A stretch of DNA of 60,582 nt, filler included, from Porpidia crustulata (GCA_964255105.1; 5 parts of 5 records of this genome joined end to end with filler, not necessarily neighbours in it), one strand, 5' to 3'; positions 49,589-60,582 are shown, counted from the first letter of the whole stretch. Numbers and translations are program-made. Notes: a model not told the origin generated them from the sequence alone.

Positions 49589-51613
49589 CTACACAACCTC
49601 AACATTAACGATCCAAATGTCCTCCTCTGGCTTTTCCTTGTACACTCTCGCATTCTCAATGCGATGTACTACGTCCAACCCGCGCACAGCCCGCCCAAAA
49701 ACTGTATGTTTCCGATCCAACCAGGGCGCTTTCGCCGTCGTGATGAAGAATTGGCTGCCGTTGGTGTTGGGCCCTGCGTTGGCCATGCTGAGCGTGTAGG
49801 GGCGGTCGTGGACGAGGGCGTGGGAGAACTCGTCTGCGAAGGGCCGGCCCCAGATGGATTCACCGCCTGTGCCATCGCCGAGGGGGTCGCCCCCTTGTAT
49901 CATGAATTTGCGGATGACGCGGTGGAAGCGGGTGCGGTTGTAGTAGCCGGCGCGGGCGTGGGTGACGAAGTTCTCCACGGCGAAGGGGGCGGCGGCGGGG
50001 AAGAGCCGGAGATGGATGTCGCCGAGGGTGGTGTGTAGGATGGCGGCGGTGCCGGTGTCCGGGGCGGTAGGTTCATTGGGGGTGCGGTGGGAGGTGAGGT
50101 GGCGGGGTTTTTCGTTTTGCACGTCACGGGTAGATTTGGGGGCGTCGGTTTCGTTAGTGAAGAGGTAGAAGCGGACTTTGCCGCTAGCGGTGGAGGCGAG
50201 CATAGGGTCGCGGGTTTCGGATTCTTGGAGTAGGGGATTGGCGGATGCAGCCATGGTGGCGGTCATGACGGATTTTTGAAGGGGCGCGCCTTGGTAGAGG
50301 GTGAGATTGAGGGAGCGGAAGGGTTCATCTTTGCCGTAGACTCTGACGACGCGGTTGGTCAGGGTGTTGACGACTTTAGTGCCGAAGAGGGAACCGTAGA
50401 TAATGAAGTTTTCGGATTCGTCGAAGATGACGTTGATTTTGTTTTTTAGCGCTGGATTCTCCAGTTCCCTTTCTACGGCCAATCGGCGGCCAAATTCGAC
50501 GTCTTCCAGCTTCTGAATGGCAGCACCTGCTTGTTGCATGTCTGTGATGGTTTGAATGGACTCGTCGTATGTTCGTTGCAATTTTCCGGTCTCGAAGTCA
50601 AAAACCCGTACTTTGCGATCGGGGAAAGAAAACGTTGCAAACTTTGATCCTGACGGAGAGATGGAGATGGAAGTAGGTAATGATTTTACTTTTTTGAATT
50701 CGAATAAATCTGTGGAGCTTTTGTATTTCCAGACGTTGGTAGCTTGCGAGTGATCGTCAGTTCCCTGCCAATATTCCAGCATACCATTAGAATCGGCAGA
50801 TATCGCACAATTAAATTCATTGTTGAATGCCATTGAAGTCACAGGGCTCTTATGCATCCCGTCTATGGTATGGAAGGGTTCTTGCGACTCTCCTCGGCCT
50901 TTGTAGATATAAATCAAGGGCTGGCTTTCATCTGCAACGGCAAGAACAGGTATTTTTGCACCTCGTCGGTACACCCAGCATATTGAGCTTGGCGTAAAAT
51001 CCAGCTGGAGAATTGCCAGGAGATCTGTTCACCTACATCAGCAACGGTTCAATACTCTTGCGTGTATTAGTCTATACCGAAAGTAATCACATCAAAAATC
51101 TTTACAGTCTTGTCTACTCCCGCAGTTGCGAAATTCCGACCGTCTGAGCTCACACTAACGCTCTTTATTTCGCCCACATGAGCACTAAACTCTTTGACCG
51201 ATTCGATACCCACGGCAATCTTTTTCCAGAACTTGACAGTACCCTCAACTGAGCTGGTAATCAAAAAGTCTGTGAATGGCGTCATAGTCACAAACGACAG
51301 TTGGTCTTTGTGCATCAATGACTTGGAGTATCGTGGAGAGGTCGGCAGGGCGGATATGAACAGTTTTTCGTATGGAAGAATGCGGCGCTTTTTCTTGGGT
51401 ACACTCGAGGGCAAGGCAGGTCCAATGTCATCATCGGATGATGATTCTGCTGAGTCGTTAGTTGGCGGGCTCGGCATCATGACTTTATCGCAAACCTTCA
51501 TTGTTGCTAGAGCTGTTCGCTCGAGGTTGGGTATGATGGTCCTCGTTCTCATACTCGGAACGCGAACGCTTGCTCGAGGCCAGATCAATGACATCAGGCT
51601 TAGTGTTTGACAT
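49589..51613 (-). CDS. cyp15: WD40-repeat cyclophilin peptidyl-prolyl isomerase (PPWD1/Cyp15); 3 exons
   Basis: ATG at 51613, intron, then SSSDDDIGPALP..KKKRR, YSKSLMHK, VKFWKK, LEDVEFGRRLA, and cyclophilin domain FHRVIRKFMIQGGDPLGDGTGGESIWG, SMANAGPNTNGSQFFIT, WLDRKHTVFGR. Confidence 0.95.
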
Positions 51614-52102
51614 CGTGAAATTATAATTTTCCGTTGTGCCCTTTCACTTCAGGCTCGTTGCATATTTACAGAAGTTGATGCAGACACAGCTGGAGCAATG
51701 GGATACTTTAAAATAGGCGCGAAGTAACGCGGATCGGCGGCTATTGGATACGATTTCAACGAAAGTTATTCCAGCACGTAGTATCAATACGTTGGCTCAC
51801 ATACCAAAGACCCAAGACAAGGAGGCTGAAGAACTCAAGAGCAATGGTTACGTGCGGGTCCATGATCCCCAGCTCAGGCTGCATTCAAATGAGTTCACAG
51901 GGTGGATGAATTAATTGAGTAACGACCCGGCAATATCACTTTTATTATCACTTCGACGAGGACGCAAAGAGCAGCCGAATACCGTTGGCCTCATTGTAAG
52001 CGGGAATCTACTGTATCCTATTGAAGTCGAGGAACGCCGTCCTTTACAACGCCAGTTGCCTTCCTCTTTCCTGCTAATTCCATTCGGATCTTGTGGTCGT
52101 CG

Positions 52103-53068
52103 TCATGCGCCGGGGTAGGGCCGGTCATGATGTGCAACGAACTGTCTGACCATCTCTTTATCCTCAGTGCTTGCATAGTTCAAGGCTATTCGAGCTTGTG
52201 CCGCCCAGATGTAATCTGGAGGGTTGGATATCCCAAATACCTCGTGCGGCCGTGTTCCCCACCGGCTTTGATGGACATATAGGCCAACGCCGTGAATTTC
52301 GTCGACAGGACATGTAGGCGACATGCACTGCTCAGGTCTGGCAGGCTCTCCATACGTAAGTATGCGGGGTAACGGAGATACGGGCTCGGGTATGTGAGAA
52401 TATCTATCCATTCGAGCAGGCATATCGACTTGAAAAAAGCTCAAAGAAGAACGTGTGATCTCCTTTGTGGTTCTGACGAGGTCGCCGTACTCTTTTTCGA
52501 TATCATCAGTGCCGTCGCTGCTGTCTTGATGTGCCGAAGCCGCTTGATGCAAATTGATTTTTGAGAGAATCGAAAGCTCTGCATGCTCCAGTTTCCGAGG
52601 ATTTGATGCACCCCCTGAGTCTACATACCTGAACAACCCCAGGAGCGCTGTATTACTGTATTGATGGTTCGGCGGGGCTCTTTCGGCAATTTGGTCAATT
52701 TCCAACGAGCCTGTTAGACTTTGCAACTCGTCTGCTCCTTCATGCATGTACTCGCTCTTCAATGGTTTTACTATCTCGTTCTGCTCATGTGGCATGCCAT
52801 TATCACATCCATTGCGAGAATCTGGAAATTCCTGTGGACCTCTTGGCCTTAGTAGGGCTGTATCAAGCGATATACTGGGAGGACCGAGGTTCGTCTTAGA
52901 TATTGATGGTCGATAAGGTGCGATCCTTGGTTTTTGTGACGGTGTTGATATCTCCAGAGCTCTTTTCGTTGCGTATCGGCGACCCAGGGTTTGCGATGGA
53001 TTGGGAGCTTCTGGCATTTGAGCTCGCATTTGCCTTTCTAGTGTCCTTAGAAGGTCGTCCGCCATCAA
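52103..53068 (-). CDS. Hypothetical protein (orphan-like)
   Basis: 321-aa ORF starting with ATG; low-complexity N-half; C-terminal CxxxxCxxxxxHxxxxxxH segment. No family recognised. Confidence 0.55.
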   Translation of the reverse strand: MMADDLLRTLERQMRAQMPEAPNPSQTLGRRYATKRALEISTPSQKPRIAPYRPSISKTNLGPPSISLDTALLRPRGPQEFPDSRNGCDNGMPHEQNEIVKPLKSEYMHEGADELQSLTGSLEIDQIAERAPPNHQYSNTALLGLFRYVDSGGASNPRKLEHAELSILSKINLHQAASAHQDSSDGTDDIEKEYGDLVRTTKEITRSSLSFFQVDMPARMDRYSHIPEPVSPLPRILTYGEPARPEQCMSPTCPVDEIHGVGLYVHQSRWGTRPHEVFGISNPPDYIWAAQARIALNYASTEDKEMVRQFVAHHDRPYPGA

Positions 53069-53935
53069 TCACCCTTTTCCTAAACTATACGATTGCTAGA
53101 ATATTGTTTCGTGGAGGCCTCAAAGCGGATAGGATTAGGGACGACAAATGCCATTCCCAAAATAGGAAAGAGCGTTCGATTCAATACCCAGTGGTACGGC
53201 TCAGTATCCACGGCGAAGGACAATTGAGCATAAGAAGCATCTATATAACACTTGTGTGTTGAGAGCGGCAGCAACAATAAATAACACATTAGCGACTTGG
53301 GATGAAAGCTTGAGCTCGACAGTGCCACTTTGTGAAAAACAAGGGAATAACAACGGAGAAGGCGTAGTTTGTCAAAGATTTAGTATGACATAGATTTTCG
53401 AGTAAGACTGCAAGGCAAGTATTGAATTTGCACATGTCAAAAGTATCTAACGTTTTGTCTCATTAAACCACAGACTCGTTAGAATACTGAATTGAAGCTG
53501 CTTGACCATTCGACCAATGCCAATGTCAATTGAATTCATTACGAGCAAGAAAATAGTATCTGACCGTGTCATCGTCAATCACGGATTTCTGGGATTAGCG
53601 TCTCAACCACCACGCAGCAGACTCTCTCGGCTTTCAGCCGTATGGTTATTTCTGAAACCCCAGAATAGTGACAAGTCCTGACTCGTGGCTTTTCTGTCTT
53701 GCACCCGTTTGTATGCTGTCTATACACAAGGCGGCGGGTTATTTGCTCCGAACGGTTTCGGAGAGGGCATAGGGGAGTCTTCGTCCAACCAAAGCCCTTG
53801 GTAATTCTATGGTAGTCCGAACAGTCAGCTACTTTTCTTTGAAGTTCAGGTCTCGAATCGCGAGACACAGAGGAGTAAATACTCTCGAGACATATCCAAG
53901 AATCATTATTACGTATAACATAGGAAATCAGGGGC

Positions 53936-54547
53936 TCAGGAACACTTACGAACATGTACGATGGGAAAACCTGATGACCTGCGAATTCCTGGTAGAGTGA
54001 CAGCTGAATTCGGTACTTCTTCTCTCAACCTTGTACGCACGGGTGCTGCAGTTGGCGGAAGCCCAGGTCTCTGCAGCGGAACGGACAAAGATACGGCTCC
54101 GTCAAAGCTTTGCCTAGAGAGCACATCCTCGATGCTTGGATAGGTTGGTGCAACGGGCTTTTGAGGCTGGAACTTCTTTTTCCTGTATGTAAACTCCCCG
54201 TACTGAAAGAAGTCCAACGTCTCGTTAGGTCTAGGATACTGGCCCCTTCCACCAGTGTTGTGTTGCACGGGTTTCGATAGGTCATGTATGTTTGATGCCA
54301 TCCTTCCTTTGCTCAGGGATATCATTCTGTCATTGTTAGTATCGGAGCCTTTGCAATACACTTTGGGAGCCAGTCGGTGTTCCCCCACAATTCTGTTATA
54401 GTATCCCTGGTTGTACTGATGGTGGTAAGAGAAGTTTCGTACCCTTTGCACGACTTCTGGCTCCAAGACTGGGATCGTTGGCTGCGTCGTCGAGGGTAGA
54501 ACCGCCGACGACTGCTTTGCAGCCGATCTTTTCCGAAGACGGGCCAT
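53936..54547 (-). CDS. Hypothetical protein (basic, orphan-like); may continue via an intron or frameshift into 53575-53955
   Basis: 203-aa ORF starting with ATG. A GTAAGT donor-like site near its end suggests a further exon. No family recognised. Confidence 0.4.
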   Translation of the reverse strand: MARLRKRSAAKQSSAVLPSTTQPTIPVLEPEVVQRVRNFSYHHQYNQGYYNRIVGEHRLAPKVYCKGSDTNNDRMISLSKGRMASNIHDLSKPVQHNTGGRGQYPRPNETLDFFQYGEFTYRKKKFQPQKPVAPTYPSIEDVLSRQSFDGAVSLSVPLQRPGLPPTAAPVRTRLREEVPNSAVTLPGIRRSSGFPIVHVRKCS

Positions 54548-55060
54548 AGTCTAGAGTGCTGTGTATTCTGCTTCCCACACGGAATGCAAGAATCAGTCGT
54601 TGGAAACTAATTGCGAGTCAAGATATACAATTTCTTGACAGCAAAGAATGAAAGTTAGGCTCGCATGGCTAAGAAAGAGGCGGTGCATTATGTGTCATAA
54701 ACGTTGAAGGGCACTAGCCCTCATCTAGGCTTTTTTTCGAACAAACTGTATAAGCCATTCTAAACAATAATTTTCTTTGTCATGGTCAGACCCGAAGACC
54801 AATGTCCTTGTCCAGCCTGACAATCCATTGTCACTCCTTGACAAGATCCTGGACTATCGCCAGCTGATAATTTGAATCTTTCTAAAGGTTAACGAAATTC
54901 CTTTCGTCATGAGGACTATATTCTGAAAACCTAAACTTTGTTCGTGCCAATCCCATAAGACTCAAGGTCTTGGGGTGGCCGGCCCTGGGCTGCGGCATTG
55001 GTAGTAATATAACCTAATCCTAGTAGATTGAGATCAAACGGTCTATTGGTTAGTCTCATA

Positions 55061-55235
55061 CCTCAAAGCATACAAGATACGCGTAATACTAAAAACCATA
55101 AGAGATGCAAGAGATTCTTCCCACCGCTCTAAACCAATAACCTCAAATGATACAAGATATTGCTAATTCTAAAAACGATTACAGGAGCCAGACATCTTTC
55201 TCACCACTCTAAACCAATAATCTTACATGTGTACA
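55061..55235. repeat. Degenerate 80-bp tandem repeat, about 2.2 copies
   Basis: 55061-55140 versus 55141-55220 match at 62/80 positions without gaps (e.g. CCTCAAA..ATACAAGATA, CACC.CTCTAAACCAATAA). Confidence 0.85.
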
Positions 55236-55327
55236 CGTAGAAAAGGCTTGAAAGCCTGGAAGTATTTCTTGTGATTTGAGAGACTTGGCACAAGTCTGAG
55301 GGAATGCCAAAGGGTAAACGTTTCTTA

Positions 55328-55960
55328 CTAGTTTCTATGCCGCTCCATTCCTTCGAAGAGGTCGTCCAAAACATAATATGCATCCCGGCTCCTACTGTTC
55401 GTATGTGGTGGCGACTCAAGGCCGTGAGATACGTCAGCCATCTCATCATCGTCCGATTCGTCTTCGAAATCAGGGGCAAAGCACTCAAAGAGTCCTTCTT
55501 CCTCTGCAGCGCTCAAATCTGCACGGATTCTTGCTTCGTCATTTCGAAACGATTCCTCGGTTGGGCATCCGATTGCACACTGCGCATAGTCTGATGGACG
55601 AAAGAGGCCATATTTGCAATAGTGGGCATGAAGTTCGATTTCGCGATCCTTAATCATGCTATTCGTTGCAGCGCGGAAATTCGAATAGGGCAGCCTCCGA
55701 TCGAGTAGGAGGCGCATAAGATGTATGTGAGTTTTAAAGAAATACTCGACAATTCGGTCATCGCCCCGGCGAATGATCTTGCGGCACTTGTTGCAATATG
55801 GCGCTTGCGTATTGAGGCTGTAACTGGAAACTTGATAGTTCTTATCCTCGTATTCTCTATAGAGAAGATAAGACTCTAGGTCGACTTCGCAGGGATCAAG
55901 GATCAGATATTTATATGGGTGGTAGCATTTTGAATGCAGATCCGCGTGTGCTAAGCACAT
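55328..55960 (-). CDS. Hypothetical protein with an N-terminal Cys/His cluster and acidic C-terminus
   Basis: ATG at 55960: MCLAHADLHSKCYH...C...YCNKC, a second HYC...C..C group and a DFEDESDDDE tail; about 210 aa. Confidence 0.55.
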   Translation of the reverse strand: MCLAHADLHSKCYHPYKYLILDPCEVDLESYLLYREYEDKNYQVSSYSLNTQAPYCNKCRKIIRRGDDRIVEYFFKTHIHLMRLLLDRRLPYSNFRAATNSMIKDREIELHAHYCKYGLFRPSDYAQCAIGCPTEESFRNDEARIRADLSAAEEEGLFECFAPDFEDESDDDEMADVSHGLESPPHTNSRSRDAYYVLDDLFEGMERHRN

Positions 55961-57275
55961 GTTGGGTCCTAGACTGATCCGTACTTTGAGTAGGAAAAAG
56001 GGTGCTAAGGAGTTATTGCTGTTTGTAATCAATTCTGTGTAGGAAAAATTTGCTGAGTGAGTAAAGGTCAGGACTGATTGTCAGAGCTTTATATTCTATA
56101 ATGGGGCCAAGAATTTCAAGTGGCATTGTTCTGAGCGTTGGAATCATTCATCTACGAATAAAGGCATTACTCAGTATATTCAGTTGATCATTCTTTGTCT
56201 GATTTTCATTTAATCTTTCTGAAAGACCATTTGATTTTTGCTCCCATTGTTGTGCTCTCTTTATTAAAGACTAAATAGACTTTACTCTTTGTGTCGCTAT
56301 GTGTCAGTATAATCTCTGACGTTGGGTCAATAGATTGCAAGCCAAATGCCGCCATTCTTTTTTCGAGGTAGCTACAGCAGCAGAATTTGAATCACTTTCT
56401 GGCTCAGGAGCTTCAAACCCGATAGTGCCGCGACTACTAGCTCTATCCTTTTAGGGTCGCAACTGTCGGTTGAGAAGTTTTCAAAATGGGACGCCTAGCA
56501 CTTTCTTTCGGCTTGATTTTTTCTGCATGGGCCTCCAGTTCAGCACGGCCACCTGTCTTCGGTCTCAAAGTCTGCAGGTTCAACTTCGTCAAACTCAACT
56601 GCATCAGCTCTGGGCTTCCCAGATTTGGAGTCCAGCCGACCGCCTGCCTTGCTGGACACCGTGAGAGCATTGAGAATAAATCAGCTTGCGGATATCTGGC
56701 GTAAAATGTGATGGACAACAATTTCTTGTGTTTGTTGGTTGCTGGTTGTTCCTTGTGGGTAAGTACTATTGTTAAATTTGTTATACAAAAGCACTCTTGA
56801 TTTTATAATCTTCTTTCCCCTAGTACAGAGGCAAAGCTGACAAGCTAAGACGACTCCGAGGCTTTTCCCAAACAATGTGCACGAAGCAGTAGTCATCGGA
56901 ACTGGAGCTCACCCATACTTCAAATTGCCTCAATCAAAGCACAATGGCATTGCTCACACTACGCCGAAGTCTAGTCCAATTCAAAGAACATAAAAGGTCC
57001 ATACAAAATCGTAAACAAAGGAAAATCAAACTATGTCCACAATAGTATTGTTGGCATTGAAGGCTTCCCTGTTCGACGAAGACTCAACATAGACAACCTA
57101 TAATACCAAGTCAATGACAAGTCAAGAATATCTAGTATGACAGACTTGGTGATTCATACATGTAATTCCTCATACCTTTCATTCTCTGGCTCAAGAAAGT
57201 AATCTAAAGTCCTCGCCTTCTGGTCCCAGTCTTCTGTCGACGTTGCCATCAACCAGCTTCACTCAATATCCAGAA

Positions 57276-57527
57276 ATGGGCTGTGTTCCTTCTCATATCC
57301 ATGATGAGTCGGACAAAACCACCCGCCGGCGCGAGGAGGTCATGGCGCAAGCGCGAAGGCAGAGAGTACGAGACTTGAACAGGGAAAAGAGAAAGGAGTG
57401 GGATCAGCAGAGACTGCAGAGAAAAGTGTATAACATACATAGAGCCGAGGGAGTCCCGGAGGGATGGGGGATCCCGGACTTGGGATATGCAGAACGGCGC
57501 GATTACAATCAAAGGCATATCCTTTGA
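57276..57527 (+). CDS. Small 83-aa protein with an N-terminal MGCxxS acylation motif
   Basis: GAAATGGGC start context. MGCVPS is followed by an R/E/Q-rich helical segment. Confidence 0.5.
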   Translation: MGCVPSHIHDESDKTTRRREEVMAQARRQRVRDLNREKRKEWDQQRLQRKVYNIHRAEGVPEGWGIPDLGYAERRDYNQRHIL

Positions 57528-58426
57528 GTGTTTCAGAAGGTATATTTGCTGATAGACTATAGGCTCGTGCAACTCACCTTTCCAATATCTCTCTACTATA
57601 TACTCGCTGTCTGGCCTTTCTAATTCTTATACAAGGCATCTTGACCGCCACGCCGATCAGTTCAATTTACGCAATTTAATTCACGAGCAATTGGCAAGGA
57701 GGTCAGTGGAGTATCAATCAGTGAATCGTTGATTCCATCAAGGTTGCGTTTGCCATCGCATAAGCAATGGTAAGATTTTCAGGGCACCAAAGAACTCGTT
57801 TACTTTTTCCTATCTAGGAATTTTCTCACCCTTAACTAACCCACCCCCAATTATGGTGGTACTCTAATTGCACGTGTGTAGGAAGATTGAACTTGTCTTC
57901 AGTGAGTAAACCGTAGAAATAGCGCATTTTTTTCGAATCGAGATCAGCAAGGGTTACTTTCTTTGTTTCCTTTTTTCTACCCTGGTATCTATCAACTAAA
58001 GGCATCTGTAGGGAAAGGGAGCTATACATGATGAACCATTTCTGACCCACCGCTTCCGACTGACTGTCAACGGAAGTTAGAGATACATTGACCACACTTG
58101 AAGAAGAACGGAGGCTTCTGCAATGCCGATTGCTTCAGCAAACACACTTGACCTGGAGAAGCACTCTCTTTGTCCTTCTCATTGTCCGTACAAGCTCAGA
58201 AGCTCCGCAATATTCTCTTTTGTTCAAAGACACAACAATGAGGTTCAATCTATTAGTACCACCTCTAATACAAGATTCTTTGCCCGTCATATCATTATTT
58301 CTAGGATAACCAACACACAGTAGCGCCATCGTCCTGATAACTCACTGTTCTTGACTAAATAAATGTCATCTCGCTTCACGCTGCGACTACAAAACACCCT
58401 CGAATTGCGTCTCTTACTCGCCCAAC

Positions 58427-59458
58427 ATGAGATCTTACAACAATTCCTCGACTGATCAACCACGAAGCTGCAATCAAAGCGATTTCAACGCTGGACTAGC
58501 CTGCTTATACAGTGCAGCAGCCGAATCAAAGACTACCGCAAAGGCTATTCCCGTTCACACAGTCGCAGTCACCGTCACCATGGCTACCTCGTCAACCTCA
58601 GACACAGCGACGAAGCAGATTGGCTCGGTCCTTGCCTTCGGAGACGGTCCAGGAGCAGCGAGACCTTCAACCATTCCACTCCAAGAGCCAGGGCTTACTG
58701 CGCCAGTAGAACCAGCTCCTACTCCAATACCAAACGTGTCGGCTGATCCAAACCCCCCTCAAGCGGCCCCCACAGCCCCGGATGCCCAAACCGTCCCTAT
58801 TGAGGCCACTGTCACCGTTCGCCCAGTCCATGGACACGACCACACGGTTAGATTAAATGGCACTAAGCATAAGAGTTGGCATTATTACAACCAGACAAAA
58901 ACGGTCACGAATGAAATCACCAAAACCATGCTCATTGAGCAAATCGCCAATACCAAGCTCGCCACGGAGGCTAGTGAATCCTTTCCTCAGCTTCGTACCT
59001 ACAACTCTTCTCGACCTATCATTCTCCCTGAGTCTACAGTCCTGACTGCGCATTACGATCAATTCACTACCCATATTGCCGATGTCGCAAACCCCAGCCA
59101 GACGGCCAGCTTTGGCACATTCCATCCAGCGATTCCAGGGATTCCACAAGCTTCGACGATCTCGAGCCACCCTGCTCAATCTCAAGGCTCGAGCTTATGC
59201 CCGTCTACGTCTATGGTCTTTGGAATCAGCGCTCTAGTGATACTGTTTGTCGCCGCCATTCCGCTAGTCCACCATGCCTTGATGGGTGTACCCGAGGAGG
59301 AGGAAGCGCAAGCGGATCCCGAGACACTCGCAGAACTCATAGCCTGGGAGAGACAGGAGCAACGACGGGACGAGAAGCGTCAATTATTGCAGCAACGGCG
59401 ACGTGAGAAAGCCGCGAGGCAGCATTGTGCTGAGGATGCATCTGAGCCTGTAGACTAG
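58427..59458 (+). CDS. Hypothetical S/T/P-rich single-pass membrane protein, possibly with a decayed 5' end
   Basis: 343-aa ORF with a mucin-like S/T/P region containing N-x-S/T sites, a hydrophobic segment VFGISALVILFVAAIPLV, then a charged E/R/Q tail. Confidence 0.55.
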   Translation: MRSYNNSSTDQPRSCNQSDFNAGLACLYSAAAESKTTAKAIPVHTVAVTVTMATSSTSDTATKQIGSVLAFGDGPGAARPSTIPLQEPGLTAPVEPAPTPIPNVSADPNPPQAAPTAPDAQTVPIEATVTVRPVHGHDHTVRLNGTKHKSWHYYNQTKTVTNEITKTMLIEQIANTKLATEASESFPQLRTYNSSRPIILPESTVLTAHYDQFTTHIADVANPSQTASFGTFHPAIPGIPQASTISSHPAQSQGSSLCPSTSMVFGISALVILFVAAIPLVHHALMGVPEEEEAQADPETLAELIAWERQEQRRDEKRQLLQQRRREKAARQHCAEDASEPVD

Positions 59459-60582
59459 TATGAGGAGGATGCCGCTGGTGAGACGCTTCGGCGATCAAGG
59501 GCTAGCTGTGGATGAAAAGAGCAGATCGAGAAGAAAATGCGACGACGAGTGAAAAGCCAAAAGAAGAAGCCAGATCTATGTTATATTCCACACTTGATGA
59601 CCAGCTCGAATCCTAGTCGAAGACGTGAAAGTAGATGAGAGGAGAGGATCTGAGACTGATGTTCTTGAGATTCGGCGCTATGGAATACTTTACTCGTGAG
59701 CATTCACTTCTCTCCTTTAGACTCTGAAACTTCAACTTTTCGGCGTCTTATTCAGAAATATGAAACATAATATTCATGCTCGAGTTTTGACCTTTTGGAT
59801 CTAGATTGATATGAGTAATTATATTGATGCATCACTAAAAATGTCTCAAATATACTAATTCCCATCTTTCAGGAAGTTTATACAGTATACGCTCACGTCA
59901 CTCCCGTCAGGATCAATAATAGCGAACCATGAAACAATTCAAGTGCCCAATCAACCAATTGATGCGTAAATCCGACCGTGTTCAAGATCCAACTGATATG
60001 ATAGGATCAAGTAGTTGTTACAGATTTGTATCATGAGTGCTGTCATACCTTGGAAGTCGCCGACTCTCACGCGTTACGATTAGTCACTTGATATACATAT
60101 GCTTGCCCGCGAGATCGCAGATCTTCCAGCAAACCAAAACGGATCAGTCTACTCATTCCTCGTTTCTCATATCAGAAAAATCAATATTACAGCCATCCCG
60201 CTACCGACTTCCAATCAACCCGCTTCCCCCCTCGGGATTCTAGGATAGACCTCAATTATCCCACGCCTTGTCCAGAACCACCCACCCAGTCCGCTCGAAA
60301 ACAATCCATTTACCTAAGATTCCTTTGTCTTCCCTCCAAAAACTATTGCATTCTACTTCTCACTGTTCCTTTGCTATATATTTACCCTATTTCTCATTCC
60401 CAAATTCTTACCTCTCGCAATTTTGCAACTTCACACCTTAAACACCAAAATTCGAAATCAAATACATACACGCCTTTGATCCAACAGAACAATCCGCTCG
60501 ACCCTTAATACCAAACTAGAACCCACCTCACCAAACCACCACATCCACCCGTGCCACCACACCCACCCACACACCCAACCGC

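Noticed and set aside
58352..58357. A second TGA-CTA hexamer in frame upstream of the 58427 ORF
   Set aside because: Preceded by another in-frame stop (TAA at 58307) and not at the end of a recognisable protein; probably chance.

Overview
Eukaryotic DNA from a filamentous ascomycete (Pezizomycotina): intron-rich genes with short GT-AG introns and CTAAC/CTGAC branch points. The window is not one locus. It is five separate contigs of 12048, 12036, 12035, 12033 and 12030 bp, joined in descending size order by artificial 100-nt N44-TTAATTAATTAA-N44 spacers, so gene order across a spacer means nothing. Contig 1 has a CYP52-type P450 (truncated), a WSC-WSC-glyoxal oxidase and a GNAT-like gene (truncated). 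Contig 2 has SNT2, a HELQ/Pol-theta-like helicase with an in-frame TGA, and a Pst2/Ycp4 flavodoxin-like quinone reductase. Contig 3 has a Rossmann-fold gene (truncated), a PTH11-like membrane protein, a cupin, and a UBC-domain gene with an in-frame TAG. Contig 4 has CDC50/LEM3, a SWIRM protein, a mitochondrial carrier-like gene with a 7-nt microexon, and SPT16. Contig 5 has a conserved hypothetical gene, a WD40-cyclophilin and several orphan ORFs. The best finding: the quinone reductase stop codon lies in the readthrough context TGA-CTA-G and is followed in frame by 54 sense codons ending GPCGLPFK-CEIM-stop (a CaaX box plus an upstream Cys). One gene may therefore encode both a short Pst2-like enzyme and a lipid-anchored Ycp4-like enzyme through stop-codon readthrough. 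No rRNA, tRNA, CRISPR array or intact transposon was recognised.
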